A DNA stretch of 64,000 nucleotides from an uncultured Sphingomonadaceae bacterium (lineage in GTDB: Bacteria > Pseudomonadota > Alphaproteobacteria > Sphingomonadales > Sphingomonadaceae). The notes below the pieces were generated by a model. That model was given only the letters and a program-made list of their open reading frames with translations. It was not told where the DNA came from and ran no database searches. Shown one piece after another: positions 48,437 through 59,472 of the stretch (the first letter of the stretch is position 1; every line of letters begins with the position of its first letter). Position numbers and translations under genes: made by a program. The DNA is taken from the NCBI GenBank assembly GCA_964251385.1, contig CAXUJK010000006.1, forward strand, positions 8,280 through 72,279, given 5' to 3'.

Positions 48437-48895
48437 CTAGTCGTGCAGACGCGGCTTGGAGAACGTCTCCGCGTCGGCCGCCGCACGCTCGTAGCGGAGC
48501 GTCCCCGCAAGGCGAAGTTTTCCTTGCGCGTCGTCGGCGGGATGGCGCACGCCGTCGACGACCGGCACGACCGCGAAGTCGAACGGGCTCATTCCTGCGA
48601 TGCACGCAACGTTGACGCCGTACTGTTCCAGGTTCGATCGCCGCTGGTGATGCGTGTAGATGCCGCACACGCTGCAGAAGAAGTGCCGCGCGGCGCCTGT
48701 GTTGAAGCGATATTCAGTCAGCGCCTCGGCCCCCGCCACGACCTCAAGCGCGTCCAGCGCCGCGGAGACCGGGACCGCGCCGCGCATCCGGCAATAGGAA
48801 CATGTGCAACGCCGCGCGGTCGCGAGGCCGTCGAGCAGGGTGACGCGAAGGCGCACCGTTCCGCAGTGGCAGGCGGCATCCAAAGGCTCACTCAT
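48437..48895 (-). CDS. GFA (glutathione-dependent formaldehyde-activating / CENP-V) family protein
   Basis: 152 aa. Zn-Cys pattern CHCGTV...CTCSYC...FCSVCG. Confidence 0.8.
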   Translation of the reverse strand: MSEPLDAACHCGTVRLRVTLLDGLATARRCTCSYCRMRGAVPVSAALDALEVVAGAEALTEYRFNTGAARHFFCSVCGIYTHHQRRSNLEQYGVNVACIAGMSPFDFAVVPVVDGVRHPADDAQGKLRLAGTLRYERAAADAETFSKPRLHD

Positions 48896-51387
48896 CGGGT
48901 TTGCTCCAGCGCCCCACGTCGACGGCCACGGGCCGGGAGAAAGAGCTTGCGCAGGCTTATACGCACCGAGCGGCCGAGCGGGTCGAGAAAATCACCCTGG
49001 AACGCGAAAGGCGTGGCGCCGCCCGCGTCCCGGACGCGCAGGCGGCTGTCGAACAGGTTTTCGACGAACAGGCTGACGCGCGCGCCGCGCAGCGCGGGGT
49101 AGCGCGAGACGAGCTTTTCCCGCGCGCCCAAATCGGCGAACAGGCGCAGGTTGACCGTCGCGAAGGTGCCGAAGCGCAGGTCGTCAGCGGGTCCGTCCCC
49201 GCCGTTGACGCGCGTCGCGCTATAGAGGTTGCCGGTCAGCCGTCCGCCCAGCCCGTTCTTGAACGCCCCCGCCTGCAATTCGACCTGATGCCGCGACCGG
49301 CCGCCGACATTGCCGATCGACGAGCCGTTCAGGAAGTCGAGTTCGGGAACGCCGTCGCGGATCAGGACCGTGTCGGTGAAGCGCCACGTGTGGAACAAGG
49401 CGAACTGCAGGCTGCCCTGCCCGCCGGGACCGAAACCCCCGGCGCCTCGGCCGAAGCCACCACCGCCGAACCCTCCGCGTCCGCTGCCTCCTCGCGCCGC
49501 GCCGCCTGGTCCGCCCGCCGGCTGGGTGCCTTCGGGACGCGGCGTGCCTTCGCCCGCGGCACCTTCGCGTCCGGCGCGGCGCGCGGCGCGGAGATCGGCG
49601 CGAGACGGATCGGGCTTTCCCAGGGGTTTGGAGAAGTTGAACCCGTAGCGCAGCTCCTCGCGATCCGAGCGCGCGAAGTTGACGGGACGCACGTCTACGC
49701 GGAGCAGGCGTCCGTCGGTCTCGCGCGTAAAACGTTCCGGGAACGCAGCCTCGATCTCCGGCGTCAACGCGGGAAAGTTCGCGATGAGGTCGCGCGTGCG
49801 CGTGTCGGTGTAGTCGGCGCGGAACGTCAGCTCGGTCTCCTTCAACGGTTGCACGGTGAGGCCGAGCTTGGTTACGCGGCGGTTGTCCGCGATCAGGCCC
49901 GGGTTGCCGCCGTCCAATCGAATGACGTCGACCGTCTCTCCCCGCGAAAAGTCGAACACGCGCGCGTTCGGCGTTTCGATGATCGCGTCGCCCAACTGCT
50001 GGACGCTGGGCGCGCCGTCCTCGTCGGTAACGGATGCGATGACCCGCACCTGTTCGATGGGCGACCAGTTGAGCCCGTAACCGAGCGTCGTCAGCGTGCC
50101 GAAGTCCGACAGGCGGTCGGCCGCGTAGTTCACGTTCGCCGATAGGTCGCCGACGAATGCCAGCACCTCGGCGCGGCGGCTGGTGAGCGGGATGTCGACG
50201 CTGGCCTGCCCGTCTAGCCGGTCGCGGGACAGGTCGGTGCTCGTCACGCCAGCAAGCCGGAATGCATCGCTGGAAAAATCGCGCGCGCGTGCGCCGACCT
50301 TGAGGCTCGTCGTGACCTCGCCCGCGGGTAGCGAGAATAGCGGGCCGTTGGCGACGAACTCCGCGTCGGCGGACTGGTCGACCGAGCGCGCCCGGTCGGC
50401 GAGGCGATCAAGTGAGTCCCGATCGGTGCGGGACCGGCTCGCGTTGCGGATGAGGTTGGCGGTCAGCGACCAGCGCCACGGTTGCAGATTGCCGTTGAGC
50501 GACAACCCGATCTGGCCGTTGCGGCTGCTGCCGTCGCGCTCCAGCGGGTTCGACAGGGCGCCTGACAGCAGGCTTGCGGCCGAGAGGCCGAAGCGGCTCG
50601 CCGTGTCCGTCGCATCGAAGCGCGCGTTGAGCGTCGCCGACACATCCGTGAAGACGGTGCGGTTGATCGTCCCGCTGAGCTGCAGCCGTTCGACTTCCGG
50701 CGACAGCGTGCGGAACGGGCGGATGTCGATCGTCGACCCCTCGCGCACCCGGATGTCGCGTTCGGACTCGAAGAGCGCACTGTCGCGGCTGTACTCGGCA
50801 TCGAGGCTCCAACGGCCCGCGCGGTCGATGCGCAGTAGGTTGAGATCGATCTCGCCGCTGGTCCGCCCGCCCGCGGTCGGGACGCCGCCTTCCAGCTCCG
50901 CCGTCAGCGCGCGAAAGCGGCGACGCAGCACGAAGTTCACGACGCGCTGGTCGGCGCGATAGCCGTATTTGAGCGCGACTTCCTCCGCCAGGATGTCGAC
51001 GCGGTCGATAGCTTCAGGCGGGATGTCGCGGATCTCGCCGAAGCCGGAAATGCGTCGGCCGTCGAGCAGGACCACGGGGCCGCCTTCGCCGCGTCCACGC
51101 CCGCTCTGCGTCTGGGGGGCGAGCGCGGCAAGCAGGTCGGCGAGGTTGCTCGCGCCGTAGCCGCGGATCTCCCGGCGACTGAGCGTGATCTCGGGCGGAA
51201 TGTCGCCCAATACCGCGCCGCGCAGGCGCGTGCCCGTGACGACGATCTCTTCCGGCACGTCGCTCTCGGCGTCCTCGTCCGCCTCCGGCACGGCGGGTTG
51301 CCGGGGAGGCGCGGGTGCGGTCTCCTGCGCGACAGCGGCGCTAGCGAGCGTTAGGAGCAGGGTCGCCAGTAGCGGACGCACGGTCAT
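48892..51387 (-). CDS. TonB-dependent outer-membrane receptor
   Basis: Trimmed to the ATG at 51387 ([21 protein letters not shown] signal peptide). Has a plug region EEIVVTGTRLRG and a beta-barrel. A Gly-rich loop reads GGPGGAARGGSGRGGFGGGGFGRGAGGFGPGGQG. Confidence 0.9.
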   Translation of the reverse strand: MTVRPLLATLLLTLASAAVAQETAPAPPRQPAVPEADEDAESDVPEEIVVTGTRLRGAVLGDIPPEITLSRREIRGYGASNLADLLAALAPQTQSGRGRGEGGPVVLLDGRRISGFGEIRDIPPEAIDRVDILAEEVALKYGYRADQRVVNFVLRRRFRALTAELEGGVPTAGGRTSGEIDLNLLRIDRAGRWSLDAEYSRDSALFESERDIRVREGSTIDIRPFRTLSPEVERLQLSGTINRTVFTDVSATLNARFDATDTASRFGLSAASLLSGALSNPLERDGSSRNGQIGLSLNGNLQPWRWSLTANLIRNASRSRTDRDSLDRLADRARSVDQSADAEFVANGPLFSLPAGEVTTSLKVGARARDFSSDAFRLAGVTSTDLSRDRLDGQASVDIPLTSRRAEVLAFVGDLSANVNYAADRLSDFGTLTTLGYGLNWSPIEQVRVIASVTDEDGAPSVQQLGDAIIETPNARVFDFSRGETVDVIRLDGGNPGLIADNRRVTKLGLTVQPLKETELTFRADYTDTRTRDLIANFPALTPEIEAAFPERFTRETDGRLLRVDVRPVNFARSDREELRYGFNFSKPLGKPDPSRADLRAARRAGREGAAGEGTPRPEGTQPAGGPGGAARGGSGRGGFGGGGFGRGAGGFGPGGQGSLQFALFHTWRFTDTVLIRDGVPELDFLNGSSIGNVGGRSRHQVELQAGAFKNGLGGRLTGNLYSATRVNGGDGPADDLRFGTFATVNLRLFADLGAREKLVSRYPALRGARVSLFVENLFDSRLRVRDAGGATPFAFQGDFLDPLGRSVRISLRKLFLPARGRRRGALEQTR

Positions 51388-53650
51388 TAAATGTATCGGC
51401 CTCGTAGGACGCAGTGGCGGGGCCGTGCTGGCGAACCGGTGAACCGCGACTGTATCGTGCGCGCTCCGACTGGGGTTTGCTTCGTACCGGGCGCGGCCGC
51501 TCGCGCCAAGGATGATCGCCGACGCGCGCGGCGACGGTTTCGACGTGCGGCCGCTCACCCAGGGATATGGCGAGCCCACCCGTGCGTGCCGACAGGTTCC
51601 GGTCGACCTTGAGCCAGCGCGGGGTGCAGCCGGGCGGCAGGCGGCGGTCGGCGACGACGATATCGGCCGCGGCGCACGCTGCGATCATCTCGCGCCAAGG
51701 GACGAGATAGCCCGACCGGGTGGCGAGCACGCGCCATGTGCGCCCACTCTCCGCCGACACGTCCGGCGCGACGTCGAACAGGCACAGGTCGCGGCTGCAG
51801 CGCGCCTCGGGCAGTTCGGAGATCGCGGACAGCGTGCCGTCATAGCCCGACACTTCGCTCAGCATGTCGCGGACGTAATCGCCCGCGCGGTTGCGAAGGA
51901 TCGCCATGCCGCCGTCGGCACGGCGGATCGCGAGGTGGCGGCCGTCGCCCGTAATGATGATGTCGGGCGGAGGCGTGGCGAGCGCCCAGACCGCGCCCGC
52001 GACGAACGGGATGAGCCCGAGCCTGCGCGCGCGCGTCCGCCACAAGGCGATCCACAAGCCGCCGACGATCATCAGCGCGAACGCCCCGCGCGGCATCGAC
52101 GGCATGAGCGCCACCGCCCCCGGCGCGGATGCGATGAAGTGCGCGATCCACAGCAGGAACGTGAGCGCCTGTTCCGCCAACCACCATGCGGGCAGCCCGA
52201 GCCCGGCGAGATCGAGCAACAGCGCAACCGCTTCCAGAGGCATGATGACGAAGGTGGTGAGCGGGATGGCGACGATGTTGGCGAGCGCGCCCAGCATGCC
52301 GGCCTGGTGAAAGTGGAACAGCGCGATCGGCGCGAGCGCGACCTCGACCGCGACGCCGGTCACGAACAGCGTGAAAACGATGCGGGCGAAGCGCCGGACC
52401 ACTCCTTCCTCGCGGCGTTCGACGAGCCTGCGCATGCGCGGATGTTCGTGCAGCGCGACGATCGCGGTGACCGCCGCGAAACTCAGCTGGAAGCTCGGAC
52501 CCGCAAGGCTTTCGGGCCAGAACAGCAGCACGACGATGGCGCCGGTCGCGACGAGGCGCAGCGTCATCGCCTCGCGCCCGAGCGCGAGTCCGCCGAGCAC
52601 GAGCAGCGCGGCGATGCACGACCGGACGGTCGGCACTTCCGCGCCCGACAGCAATGTGTAGCCGATCCCGGCGGCGGCTCCAACGCCGGCGGCGATCAGC
52701 ACGAGGGGCAGGCGCAGCGCGAGCGTCGGGCTGAGCGCGAGCAGGCGGAGCGCCAGAAGCATCGTCGCACCGACCATCGCGGTGACGTGCAGCCCGCTGA
52801 TCGACAGCAGGTGGGACAGCCCGCTGCGCCGCATCGCCTCCGCGTCCGCTTCGGGCAACGCGCCGCGATCGCCGGTCACGAACGACGCCGCGACCGCGCC
52901 TTCCGCGCCGTCCACCCGCTTGAGGATGTGCGCGGTCAGCCGTGCGCGCCACACGCCGAGCGTTGCCCAGAACCCGGTGGGCGGATCGCGCGCGACAACC
53001 TTGGGCGGCTCGAACGCGCGGCCCGTGGCGCCGATGCCCTTGAACCAAGCGGTGCGCGCGAAGTCGTAGCCACCGGGAACGGACATGGGCGCGGGCGGCA
53101 TCAGGCGGGCGCGCACGGACACGGTCGTGCCGGGCGCGAGATCGATCGTGCGGTCCGGATCGGGAACGTTGACGCGAACGCGGGGCGGCAGCTTGGCCTC
53201 GGGTTTGGGCGCAAGCAGCAGGCGCACGTCGCCCTGCGCCGGCAGCGGCTCGACCGCTTCGATCACGGCGGTGAACTCCGCGATCGTCGGGCGGTCGAGC
53301 CGCGGCGCCGCGACCTGTTCGGCGCGCCACCATATGAGCGCGCATCCGAGCGCCGCGGCGAGCGCGAAAACGATCGTCGTCCGGCCCGTCCGTGTGTGGC
53401 CAAGCGCGTAGCCGATGCAGGCGAGCGCGCCCATCGCGCACAGGAAAGCCGTCCATCCCGGTTGGGAAGGGAGCACCGCCCATGCCGTGATCCCCGCGCC
53501 GATCGCGACGGGCAGCCACAGCGGCAGCTGCTCCCGCTCCGCGTCCAGCCATGCCTCGACGCCCGCCGACACGTTCGGCAACCGCCGGACGCCAAGCGTT
53601 GGAAGCGCGCGGGTCGCTATGCTAGGGGCGCTGGACGCAGTGCCGACCAT
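51341..53650 (-). CDS. comEC: ComEC/Rec2-family DNA internalisation channel protein
   Basis: Polytopic membrane protein with the typical N-terminus [21 protein letters not shown] and a competence domain ([12 protein letters not shown]). The start is uncertain (ATG 53650 or TTG 53581). Its 3' end overlaps the TBDR start by 47 bp. Confidence 0.8.
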   Translation of the reverse strand: MVGTASSAPSIATRALPTLGVRRLPNVSAGVEAWLDAEREQLPLWLPVAIGAGITAWAVLPSQPGWTAFLCAMGALACIGYALGHTRTGRTTIVFALAAALGCALIWWRAEQVAAPRLDRPTIAEFTAVIEAVEPLPAQGDVRLLLAPKPEAKLPPRVRVNVPDPDRTIDLAPGTTVSVRARLMPPAPMSVPGGYDFARTAWFKGIGATGRAFEPPKVVARDPPTGFWATLGVWRARLTAHILKRVDGAEGAVAASFVTGDRGALPEADAEAMRRSGLSHLLSISGLHVTAMVGATMLLALRLLALSPTLALRLPLVLIAAGVGAAAGIGYTLLSGAEVPTVRSCIAALLVLGGLALGREAMTLRLVATGAIVVLLFWPESLAGPSFQLSFAAVTAIVALHEHPRMRRLVERREEGVVRRFARIVFTLFVTGVAVEVALAPIALFHFHQAGMLGALANIVAIPLTTFVIMPLEAVALLLDLAGLGLPAWWLAEQALTFLLWIAHFIASAPGAVALMPSMPRGAFALMIVGGLWIALWRTRARRLGLIPFVAGAVWALATPPPDIIITGDGRHLAIRRADGGMAILRNRAGDYVRDMLSEVSGYDGTLSAISELPEARCSRDLCLFDVAPDVSAESGRTWRVLATRSGYLVPWREMIAACAAADIVVADRRLPPGCTPRWLKVDRNLSARTGGLAISLGERPHVETVAARVGDHPWRERPRPVRSKPQSERARYSRGSPVRQHGPATASYEADTFNDRASATGDPAPNAR

Positions 53651-53659
53651 CGGCGAACC

Positions 53660-55102
53660 ATGGAGCATCGGCGCTTGGGCGCAAGGCAAACTTCCGGCCC
53701 TGTGGTCACGCGCTTCGCGCCGTCGCCGACGGGTTTCCTGCATATCGGCGGCGCGCGCACCGCGTTGTTCAACCTGCTGTTCGCGCGCCGGCACGGGGGC
53801 AAGTTCCTGCTGCGCATCGAAGACACGGACGCGGCCAGATCGACGCAGCCCGCGATCGACGCAATCCTGGAAGGCATGCGCTGGCTTGCACTCGACTGGG
53901 ACGGCGAGCCGGTAATGCAGTCCGCGCGCGCGTCACGCCACGCGGAAGTCGCGGCGGCGATGCTGGGGTCCGGCCATGCCTATCGCTGCTACGCGACGGC
54001 AGCGGAGCTGGAGACGATGCGCGCGGAGCAGCGCGCGGCCAAGCTGCCGATGCGCTATGACGGGCGCTGGCGCGATCGCGAGCCGGGCGCGGAGCAGAAT
54101 GGGCAGCCCTTCGTGGTCCGCCTGCGCGCGCACCGTGACGGCGAGACCGTCATCGACGACGCGGTCCAGGGTCGCGTCACCGTATCCAACGCCGAGCTCG
54201 ACGACATGGTCCTGCTGCGGTCGGACGGAACGCCGACCTACATGCTCGCGGTCGTGGTGGACGACCACGACATGGGCGTGACGCACGTCATTCGCGGCGA
54301 CGACCATCTCAACAATGCGTTTCGGCAGCTCGGCATCGTGGATGCCATGGCGTGGCCCCGACCCGTTTACGGCCACCTGCCGCTGCTGCACGGATCGGAC
54401 GGGGCCAAGCTGTCCAAGCGGCACGGTGCGTTGAGCGTCGAGGCGTATCGTGACGAGATGGGAATCCTCCCCGAGGCGTTGGAAAATTACCTGCTGCGGC
54501 TCGGCTGGGGCCATGGGGACGACGAGATCATTTCCCGAGACGACGCGGTGCGCTGGTTCGATCTGGCCGACGTGGGCCGCGCGCCCTCGCGGTTCGACGT
54601 CAAGAAGCTGGAGCACATCAACGGCCACTACCTACGCGAAGCCGACGACGAGCGGCTCGCCGCCTTGGTGGCGCCGCGGCTGAGCGGGTCGACGAGCGAG
54701 GAAGACGGCGCGCTGCTCGTCCGCGCGATGCCAGAGCTCAAGAAGCGCGCAAAGGATCTGGGCGAGCTTGCCGACGGCGCGGCGTTCCTGTTCGCACCTC
54801 GCCCGCTGGCGATGGACGCGGCCGCCGCGGCGCTGCTAGACGGGGGCGCGGCCGAACTCCTTGCCCGCCTCCATCGACGGCTGTCGCAGGTCGTCACATG
54901 GAGCGCGGAAGACCTGGAGACGGCGGTGCGGGAGGTGTCGGAAGAGGCCGGGGTCAAGCTCGGCAAGGTGGCGCAGCCGTTGCGCGCCGCGTTGACGGGC
55001 CGCGCGACCTCGCCCGGAATATTCGACGTGCTCCTGCTCCTCGGCCGCGAGACCAGTCTCGCGCGCATTGCGGACCGGAGTCCCCAAGGAGCTGACGCAT
55101 GA
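53660..55102 (+). CDS. gltX: Glutamate-tRNA ligase
   Basis: This is the in-frame 3' part of the artefactual + ORF 51512..55102. Contains [24 protein letters not shown] (HIGH) and KLSKRHG (KMSKS). The start is ATG 53660 or GTG 53702. Confidence 0.93.
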   Translation: MEHRRLGARQTSGPVVTRFAPSPTGFLHIGGARTALFNLLFARRHGGKFLLRIEDTDAARSTQPAIDAILEGMRWLALDWDGEPVMQSARASRHAEVAAAMLGSGHAYRCYATAAELETMRAEQRAAKLPMRYDGRWRDREPGAEQNGQPFVVRLRAHRDGETVIDDAVQGRVTVSNAELDDMVLLRSDGTPTYMLAVVVDDHDMGVTHVIRGDDHLNNAFRQLGIVDAMAWPRPVYGHLPLLHGSDGAKLSKRHGALSVEAYRDEMGILPEALENYLLRLGWGHGDDEIISRDDAVRWFDLADVGRAPSRFDVKKLEHINGHYLREADDERLAALVAPRLSGSTSEEDGALLVRAMPELKKRAKDLGELADGAAFLFAPRPLAMDAAAAALLDGGAAELLARLHRRLSQVVTWSAEDLETAVREVSEEAGVKLGKVAQPLRAALTGRATSPGIFDVLLLLGRETSLARIADRSPQGADA

Positions 55103-56397
55103 CCGACACGCCCGCAAATAACGCCGCCGCGCTCGACTATGACGGTCGGGATTTCACCTACCCGGTGATGTCCGGCACGGTCGGTCCCGACGTTATCGAT
55201 ATCCGCAAGCTGTATGCACAGACGGGCGCGTTCACCTACGATCCCGGATTCACTTCGACCGCCGCATGCGAATCGGCGATCACGTATATCGACGGCGACG
55301 AAGGTATATTGCTCCATCGCGGCTACCCGATCGATCAGCTCGCGCAGAATTCGAGCTTTATGGAAGTCTCCTACCTGCTGCTCAACGGCGAGCTGCCCGA
55401 CGAGGCGACGCTCGAAAAGTTCAGCTACACGATCACGCGGCACACGATGGTGCACGAACAGCTCGCCGGCTTCATGCGCGGGTTTCGGCGCGACGCGCAC
55501 CCGATGGCGGTGATGTGCGGCGTCGTCGGCGCATTGTCCGCCTTCTACCATGATTCAACGGACATCACCGACCCGTACCAGCGCATGGTCGCCAGCCACC
55601 GGCTGATCGCCAAGATGCCCACGATCGCGGCGATGGCGTACAAGTACACGGTCGGGCAGCCGTTCATGTATCCGGACAACGGGCTGAGCTACACTGGCAA
55701 TTTCCTGCGCATGACGTTCGGCGTCCCCGCGGAACCGTACGAAGTGAACCCCATCGTCGAACGCGCGATGGACCGCATCTTCATCCTGCACGCCGACCAC
55801 GAACAGAACGCGTCGACATCGACCGTGCGGCTCGCCGGATCGTCGGGCGCCAACCCCTTCGCGTGCATCGCGGCGGGGATTGCGTGCTTGTGGGGCCCCG
55901 CGCACGGCGGGGCGAACGAGGCCGCGCTCAACATGCTGCGCGAGATCAAGACGCCCGATCGCATTCCCGAGTACATCGCGCGCGCCAAGGACAAGGACGA
56001 CCCGTTCCGCCTGATGGGGTTCGGCCACCGCGTCTACAAGAACTACGACCCGCGCGCGACCGTGATGCAGCAGACGGTGCGCGAGGTGCTGGGTGCGTTG
56101 AACGTCACCGACCCGCTGTTCGACGTCGCGCTGCAGCTTGAAGAGATGGCCCTCAACGACCCGTACTTCATCGAGAAGAAGCTTTTTCCGAATGTCGATT
56201 TCTACTCGGGCGTGATCCTGTCCGCGATCGGCTTCCCGACGAGCATGTTCACCGCCCTCTTCGCGCTCGCCCGTACCGTCGGCTGGGTCGCGCAGTGGAA
56301 CGAGATGATTTCGGACCCGGAGCAGAAAATCGGGCGGCCGCGGCAGCTGTATACCGGGTCGACGCAGCGGGATTACGTGGCGGTCGGGGAGCGTTGA
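55099..56397 (+). CDS. gltA: Citrate synthase (type II)
   Basis: 432 aa. Contains [14 protein letters not shown] and [12 protein letters not shown]. Its ATG overlaps the gltX stop. Confidence 0.97.
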   Translation: MTDTPANNAAALDYDGRDFTYPVMSGTVGPDVIDIRKLYAQTGAFTYDPGFTSTAACESAITYIDGDEGILLHRGYPIDQLAQNSSFMEVSYLLLNGELPDEATLEKFSYTITRHTMVHEQLAGFMRGFRRDAHPMAVMCGVVGALSAFYHDSTDITDPYQRMVASHRLIAKMPTIAAMAYKYTVGQPFMYPDNGLSYTGNFLRMTFGVPAEPYEVNPIVERAMDRIFILHADHEQNASTSTVRLAGSSGANPFACIAAGIACLWGPAHGGANEAALNMLREIKTPDRIPEYIARAKDKDDPFRLMGFGHRVYKNYDPRATVMQQTVREVLGALNVTDPLFDVALQLEEMALNDPYFIEKKLFPNVDFYSGVILSAIGFPTSMFTALFALARTVGWVAQWNEMISDPEQKIGRPRQLYTGSTQRDYVAVGER

Positions 56398-56414
56398 GCG
56401 AAGGGTTCAATCGA

Positions 56415-57035
56415 ATGTTACGTTTGACTGCATGTCTGATGATGGCGTCCAGCGCGATCGCGCAGCCTGCGTCGGTAGTCCCGCGATCCGGAGAGCCGTA
56501 CGTACATGGCGTTTCCGGCAGCGAGTTCCCCGAGGAGCTAGAAGGCTTCCGCCGGACGAACGTCGGCCTTTACGATGCGACCGGGCGCGACGTCGGGGTC
56601 AATTACGAGCGCACCGACGCGACGGGACTCATCTACCTGACCGCCTACGTCTACCCGTCCGCCAAAGCGCGCCGGGCCACGCAGCGCGAGCGGACTTGTC
56701 GAGAGGACCACCGCGGAGCATCGGCGGCGATCGCGGACCGCTTCCCGGGAGCGAGGACCGTATCGGAAGGTCCTGCGCCGGCGATCCAGCAAGCCCGCTC
56801 GGAACTGTCGTGGAAATCGCGCCATGAATTCAGGACTTCGTTCAAGGGCGTCGAGCAGGACGTGCAATCCGAATTGATCGTGTATTGCTACGTCGCTGAC
56901 GAATGGCAGCTGAAGTACCGGGTTTCGGCTCCCGCAGGCGCGAAGCTCGACAGTGTCGATGCGTTCATGAGCAAGGGTCCTTGGCCGCGAGGCACAAACA
57001 GGAAGCGCGTCAAAACGCGGGCAACGTCAACGTAA
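56415..57035 (+). CDS. Secreted hypothetical protein (206 aa)
   Basis: Trimmed to the ATG at 56415. Has the signal peptide MLRLTACLMMASSAIAQP. Its 3' end overlaps the convergent kinase gene by 26 bp. Confidence 0.5.
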   Translation: MLRLTACLMMASSAIAQPASVVPRSGEPYVHGVSGSEFPEELEGFRRTNVGLYDATGRDVGVNYERTDATGLIYLTAYVYPSAKARRATQRERTCREDHRGASAAIADRFPGARTVSEGPAPAIQQARSELSWKSRHEFRTSFKGVEQDVQSELIVYCYVADEWQLKYRVSAPAGAKLDSVDAFMSKGPWPRGTNRKRVKTRATST

Positions 57036-58347
57036 AGCGCGCGCCCTGCCCCGACGCGCTGTCCACGGTGATGTCCCCGCCCATTGCCCGCGCCAATCGC
57101 CGTGCGATGTACAGGCCTAGTCCCGTTCCGCCAGGCTCTGCCGGGTCGACGCGTTCGAACTTGCCGAAGACACGGGCGTGGTTTTCGGGTGCAATGCCCG
57201 GGCCTTGGTCGGCCACGGTGACCGTCGCCTTGTCGCTGTCGGCATCGGCGCGGACCCACACCATTCCACCGGGCGGGGAGTAGCGGACCGCGTTGCCGAT
57301 CAGGTTAACGAGGATCTGCAGCACGCGGCGGAACTCGCCGGTGGCGGGGACTTGCTCGTGCTCGGCGGGGCGGTCGATGTGGACGTCGTTGCCCGACGCG
57401 CGCACCGCCAGCAGACCTGCGGCGCGGCGCGCGATGTCGGCAAGATCGATACGATCGCGTTCGGGGGCGAAGTCCGGGCGTTCGATCGCGTGCAAATCGA
57501 CGAGGTCGTCCACCAGGCTGAGCAGGTGCCGGCCCGCCGACGCGATGTCGGTCGCGTAGGCGGCGTATTCGGCGCGCAACGGGCCGTCGGTTCGCCCCCC
57601 CAGTTCCTCGGCATTGGCGACGATGCGGCCGAGCGGCGCGCGCAGCGCGTCGTCGAGGCGCGCGGCGAAAGCGCCGTCGTCCACGGCCGGCTCCGGCTCG
57701 ACCTGTTCGACCCTGGTCGCGCCGCCCTTGAACCCTGCGAAACGCCCGCGTCCGTCCGTCATGGGGACCGCGCCCAGCCGGTAGCGGCCCCCCTCGCCGC
57801 CGCGCAGATCGGCAAGCTGCGCATCGAAGCGGCGATGTTCGGCCAGCGCGGTCAGCACCGGAAGCGCGCCGTCCGCACCGCCTAGGAACCCGAACAGACG
57901 GGTGAGCGGCGCGCCCACGAACGCGCGCACGTCGCCGCCGACCGCGCCGGCGGCCGCGCCCGACAGGCTGGTGACAAGAAGCGCGGCATCCGTTTCCCAG
58001 TGCCAGTCCGCCGTGCTGCGCTCGAAGTCCGCGTCGGCGCGCGTGTCCGGCACGGGATCGGCGCCGCGCCGCGTCCAGCCGGTGACGGCAAGCGCGATGT
58101 CCGCTCCGTCGGGTTCGGCGCGCACCCACAGGTCGACGTCGTCCGCTCCGTCCGCCGCGACCGCCGCGCGCGACACGACGATGCGCAGACGGCGCGCGAG
58201 GCGCACGATCGCGGCGATCGCCGGCACCGCCATTGGCGCGCCGATACGCCCGCCCGCGCGTGCGTTCAGTTCGGCCAGCATCGGGTCGGCTGCGGCAAGG
58301 AAACCGTGTCCGTCGATACGTCCGCGAACAACCGCATCGGCGTTCAA
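57010..58347 (-). CDS. Histidine-kinase-like protein with an intact CA domain but Asp at the H-box His position
   Basis: CA motifs are present: QILVNLIGNAVRYSP, DQGPGI, VFGKFERV and GGTGLGLYIARRLA. DHp helix 2 reads YATDIASAGRHLLSLVDDLVDL. The H-box position reads LDDALRAPLG (57631-57657). The start is TTG 58347, which overlaps the upstream stop; the ATG near 58284 is an alternative. Confidence 0.8.
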   Translation of the reverse strand: MNADAVVRGRIDGHGFLAAADPMLAELNARAGGRIGAPMAVPAIAAIVRLARRLRIVVSRAAVAADGADDVDLWVRAEPDGADIALAVTGWTRRGADPVPDTRADADFERSTADWHWETDAALLVTSLSGAAAGAVGGDVRAFVGAPLTRLFGFLGGADGALPVLTALAEHRRFDAQLADLRGGEGGRYRLGAVPMTDGRGRFAGFKGGATRVEQVEPEPAVDDGAFAARLDDALRAPLGRIVANAEELGGRTDGPLRAEYAAYATDIASAGRHLLSLVDDLVDLHAIERPDFAPERDRIDLADIARRAAGLLAVRASGNDVHIDRPAEHEQVPATGEFRRVLQILVNLIGNAVRYSPPGGMVWVRADADSDKATVTVADQGPGIAPENHARVFGKFERVDPAEPGGTGLGLYIARRLARAMGGDITVDSASGQGARFTLTLPAF

Positions 58348-59435
58348 CGCTCTTCTCCCGCCAAGGCGCGTGCGGAATCGACGGCGGCGATCGCGGCGCG
58401 GTAGCCCGCATCCAGTCCGAGCGGTGCGGTCAGGCGGCGCGCGGCGACCGGATCGAGCGCGTCGAAAGCATTTAGTGCGGCCTCCGCGCCCGCTTCGTCC
58501 AGGATCAGCAGGATCGCGGCAGCCTGCGCGCGCGCGACGCCGGCGGCCCGCAGAAGCGCGGAAAGCCGTTCGTCCGCGCGCGCGCCGACAACGGTCCAGA
58601 CTTCCGCATCCGGCAAGCGGACGGCGGCGGCGAGCACCGCCGTGAAGGCCGGGAGATTGCCGGAACCTAGCAGCCGTCCGAGCAGAACTCCGTCGATGCG
58701 CTCCGCCGCGGCAAGGCACGCGGCGAGCCGCACGGCGACAGCGTTCAGTCCGCGACCTTCGTCATGCGTTGCGAGGACCGACGCCACCGCCGGCGTCAGC
58801 AAATCGTCGGCGTCGGTCGGACCCAAGCCGTGGATCGTGCGGAGATAGTGGCGAAGCGCCGCGGCCACGCGCCAGGCGAGCCACGCCGCCAGCTCGGCTG
58901 AGAGGTCGTCGAGGAGGAGCACGGGCGCGCCGAACCTGTCACGCCGCCGACCGGCCGCGACGAGCAGCGCCATCGCGGCCGCCGCGACATGTGGATCGTC
59001 GTCGTCGAGCAGCGGGACCGGCGCGTCGCTTCCCGTGCCGACGATATGGTCGCCCGCGACTGCTTCGCGCGCGCGACGGAGCAGCGCGGCGGCAAACGAC
59101 GGGTGACGAAGCACGTCGCCCTCCGCCAGCAGGGGCAAGGCGATCGCAACCGAAGCGGAAGACAAGGACGCGCCGAGGGCGTCGTCATCGACGCGCGAGG
59201 CCAGGAACAGCCGCAGGTCGCGCTCCACCGACTGCACCAGCATGTCCCGCATCGTCCAGGCAAGCGCGCGGACCTGATCGCTCAAGCGGTGCACCGGGTC
59301 CAGGAACAGGTCGGTCGTCGACTCGTCCAGCCGCCGCGCGTCGGCCGCGACGCTGTCGCGTAGCGGCGCTCCCGGCGCGAACCCCGGGCGGGCAGGACGC
59401 GCGGCGTCCGGCAGGATCGGCCATTCCGAGATCAT
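58344..59435 (-). CDS. Helical-repeat protein, DUF2336-like (family assignment from memory)
   Basis: 363 aa, Ala/Leu-rich all-helical sequence. It has repeated LLRRA/LLRAAG-type segments of the kind seen in alphaproteobacterial DUF2336 proteins. Confidence 0.65.
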   Translation of the reverse strand: MISEWPILPDAARPARPGFAPGAPLRDSVAADARRLDESTTDLFLDPVHRLSDQVRALAWTMRDMLVQSVERDLRLFLASRVDDDALGASLSSASVAIALPLLAEGDVLRHPSFAAALLRRAREAVAGDHIVGTGSDAPVPLLDDDDPHVAAAAMALLVAAGRRRDRFGAPVLLLDDLSAELAAWLAWRVAAALRHYLRTIHGLGPTDADDLLTPAVASVLATHDEGRGLNAVAVRLAACLAAAERIDGVLLGRLLGSGNLPAFTAVLAAAVRLPDAEVWTVVGARADERLSALLRAAGVARAQAAAILLILDEAGAEAALNAFDALDPVAARRLTAPLGLDAGYRAAIAAVDSARALAGEER

Positions 59436-59472
59436 GGCCGTCCGGTCTAGCCGATACGCGGTTAAATCGGCG

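Noticed and set aside
51512-53659. The 5' two-thirds of the 1196-aa + ORF 51512..55102.
   Set aside because: Only the part from 53660 is GltX. The upstream part is antisense to comEC and is Arg/Asp-rich junk. The frame merely lacks a stop.
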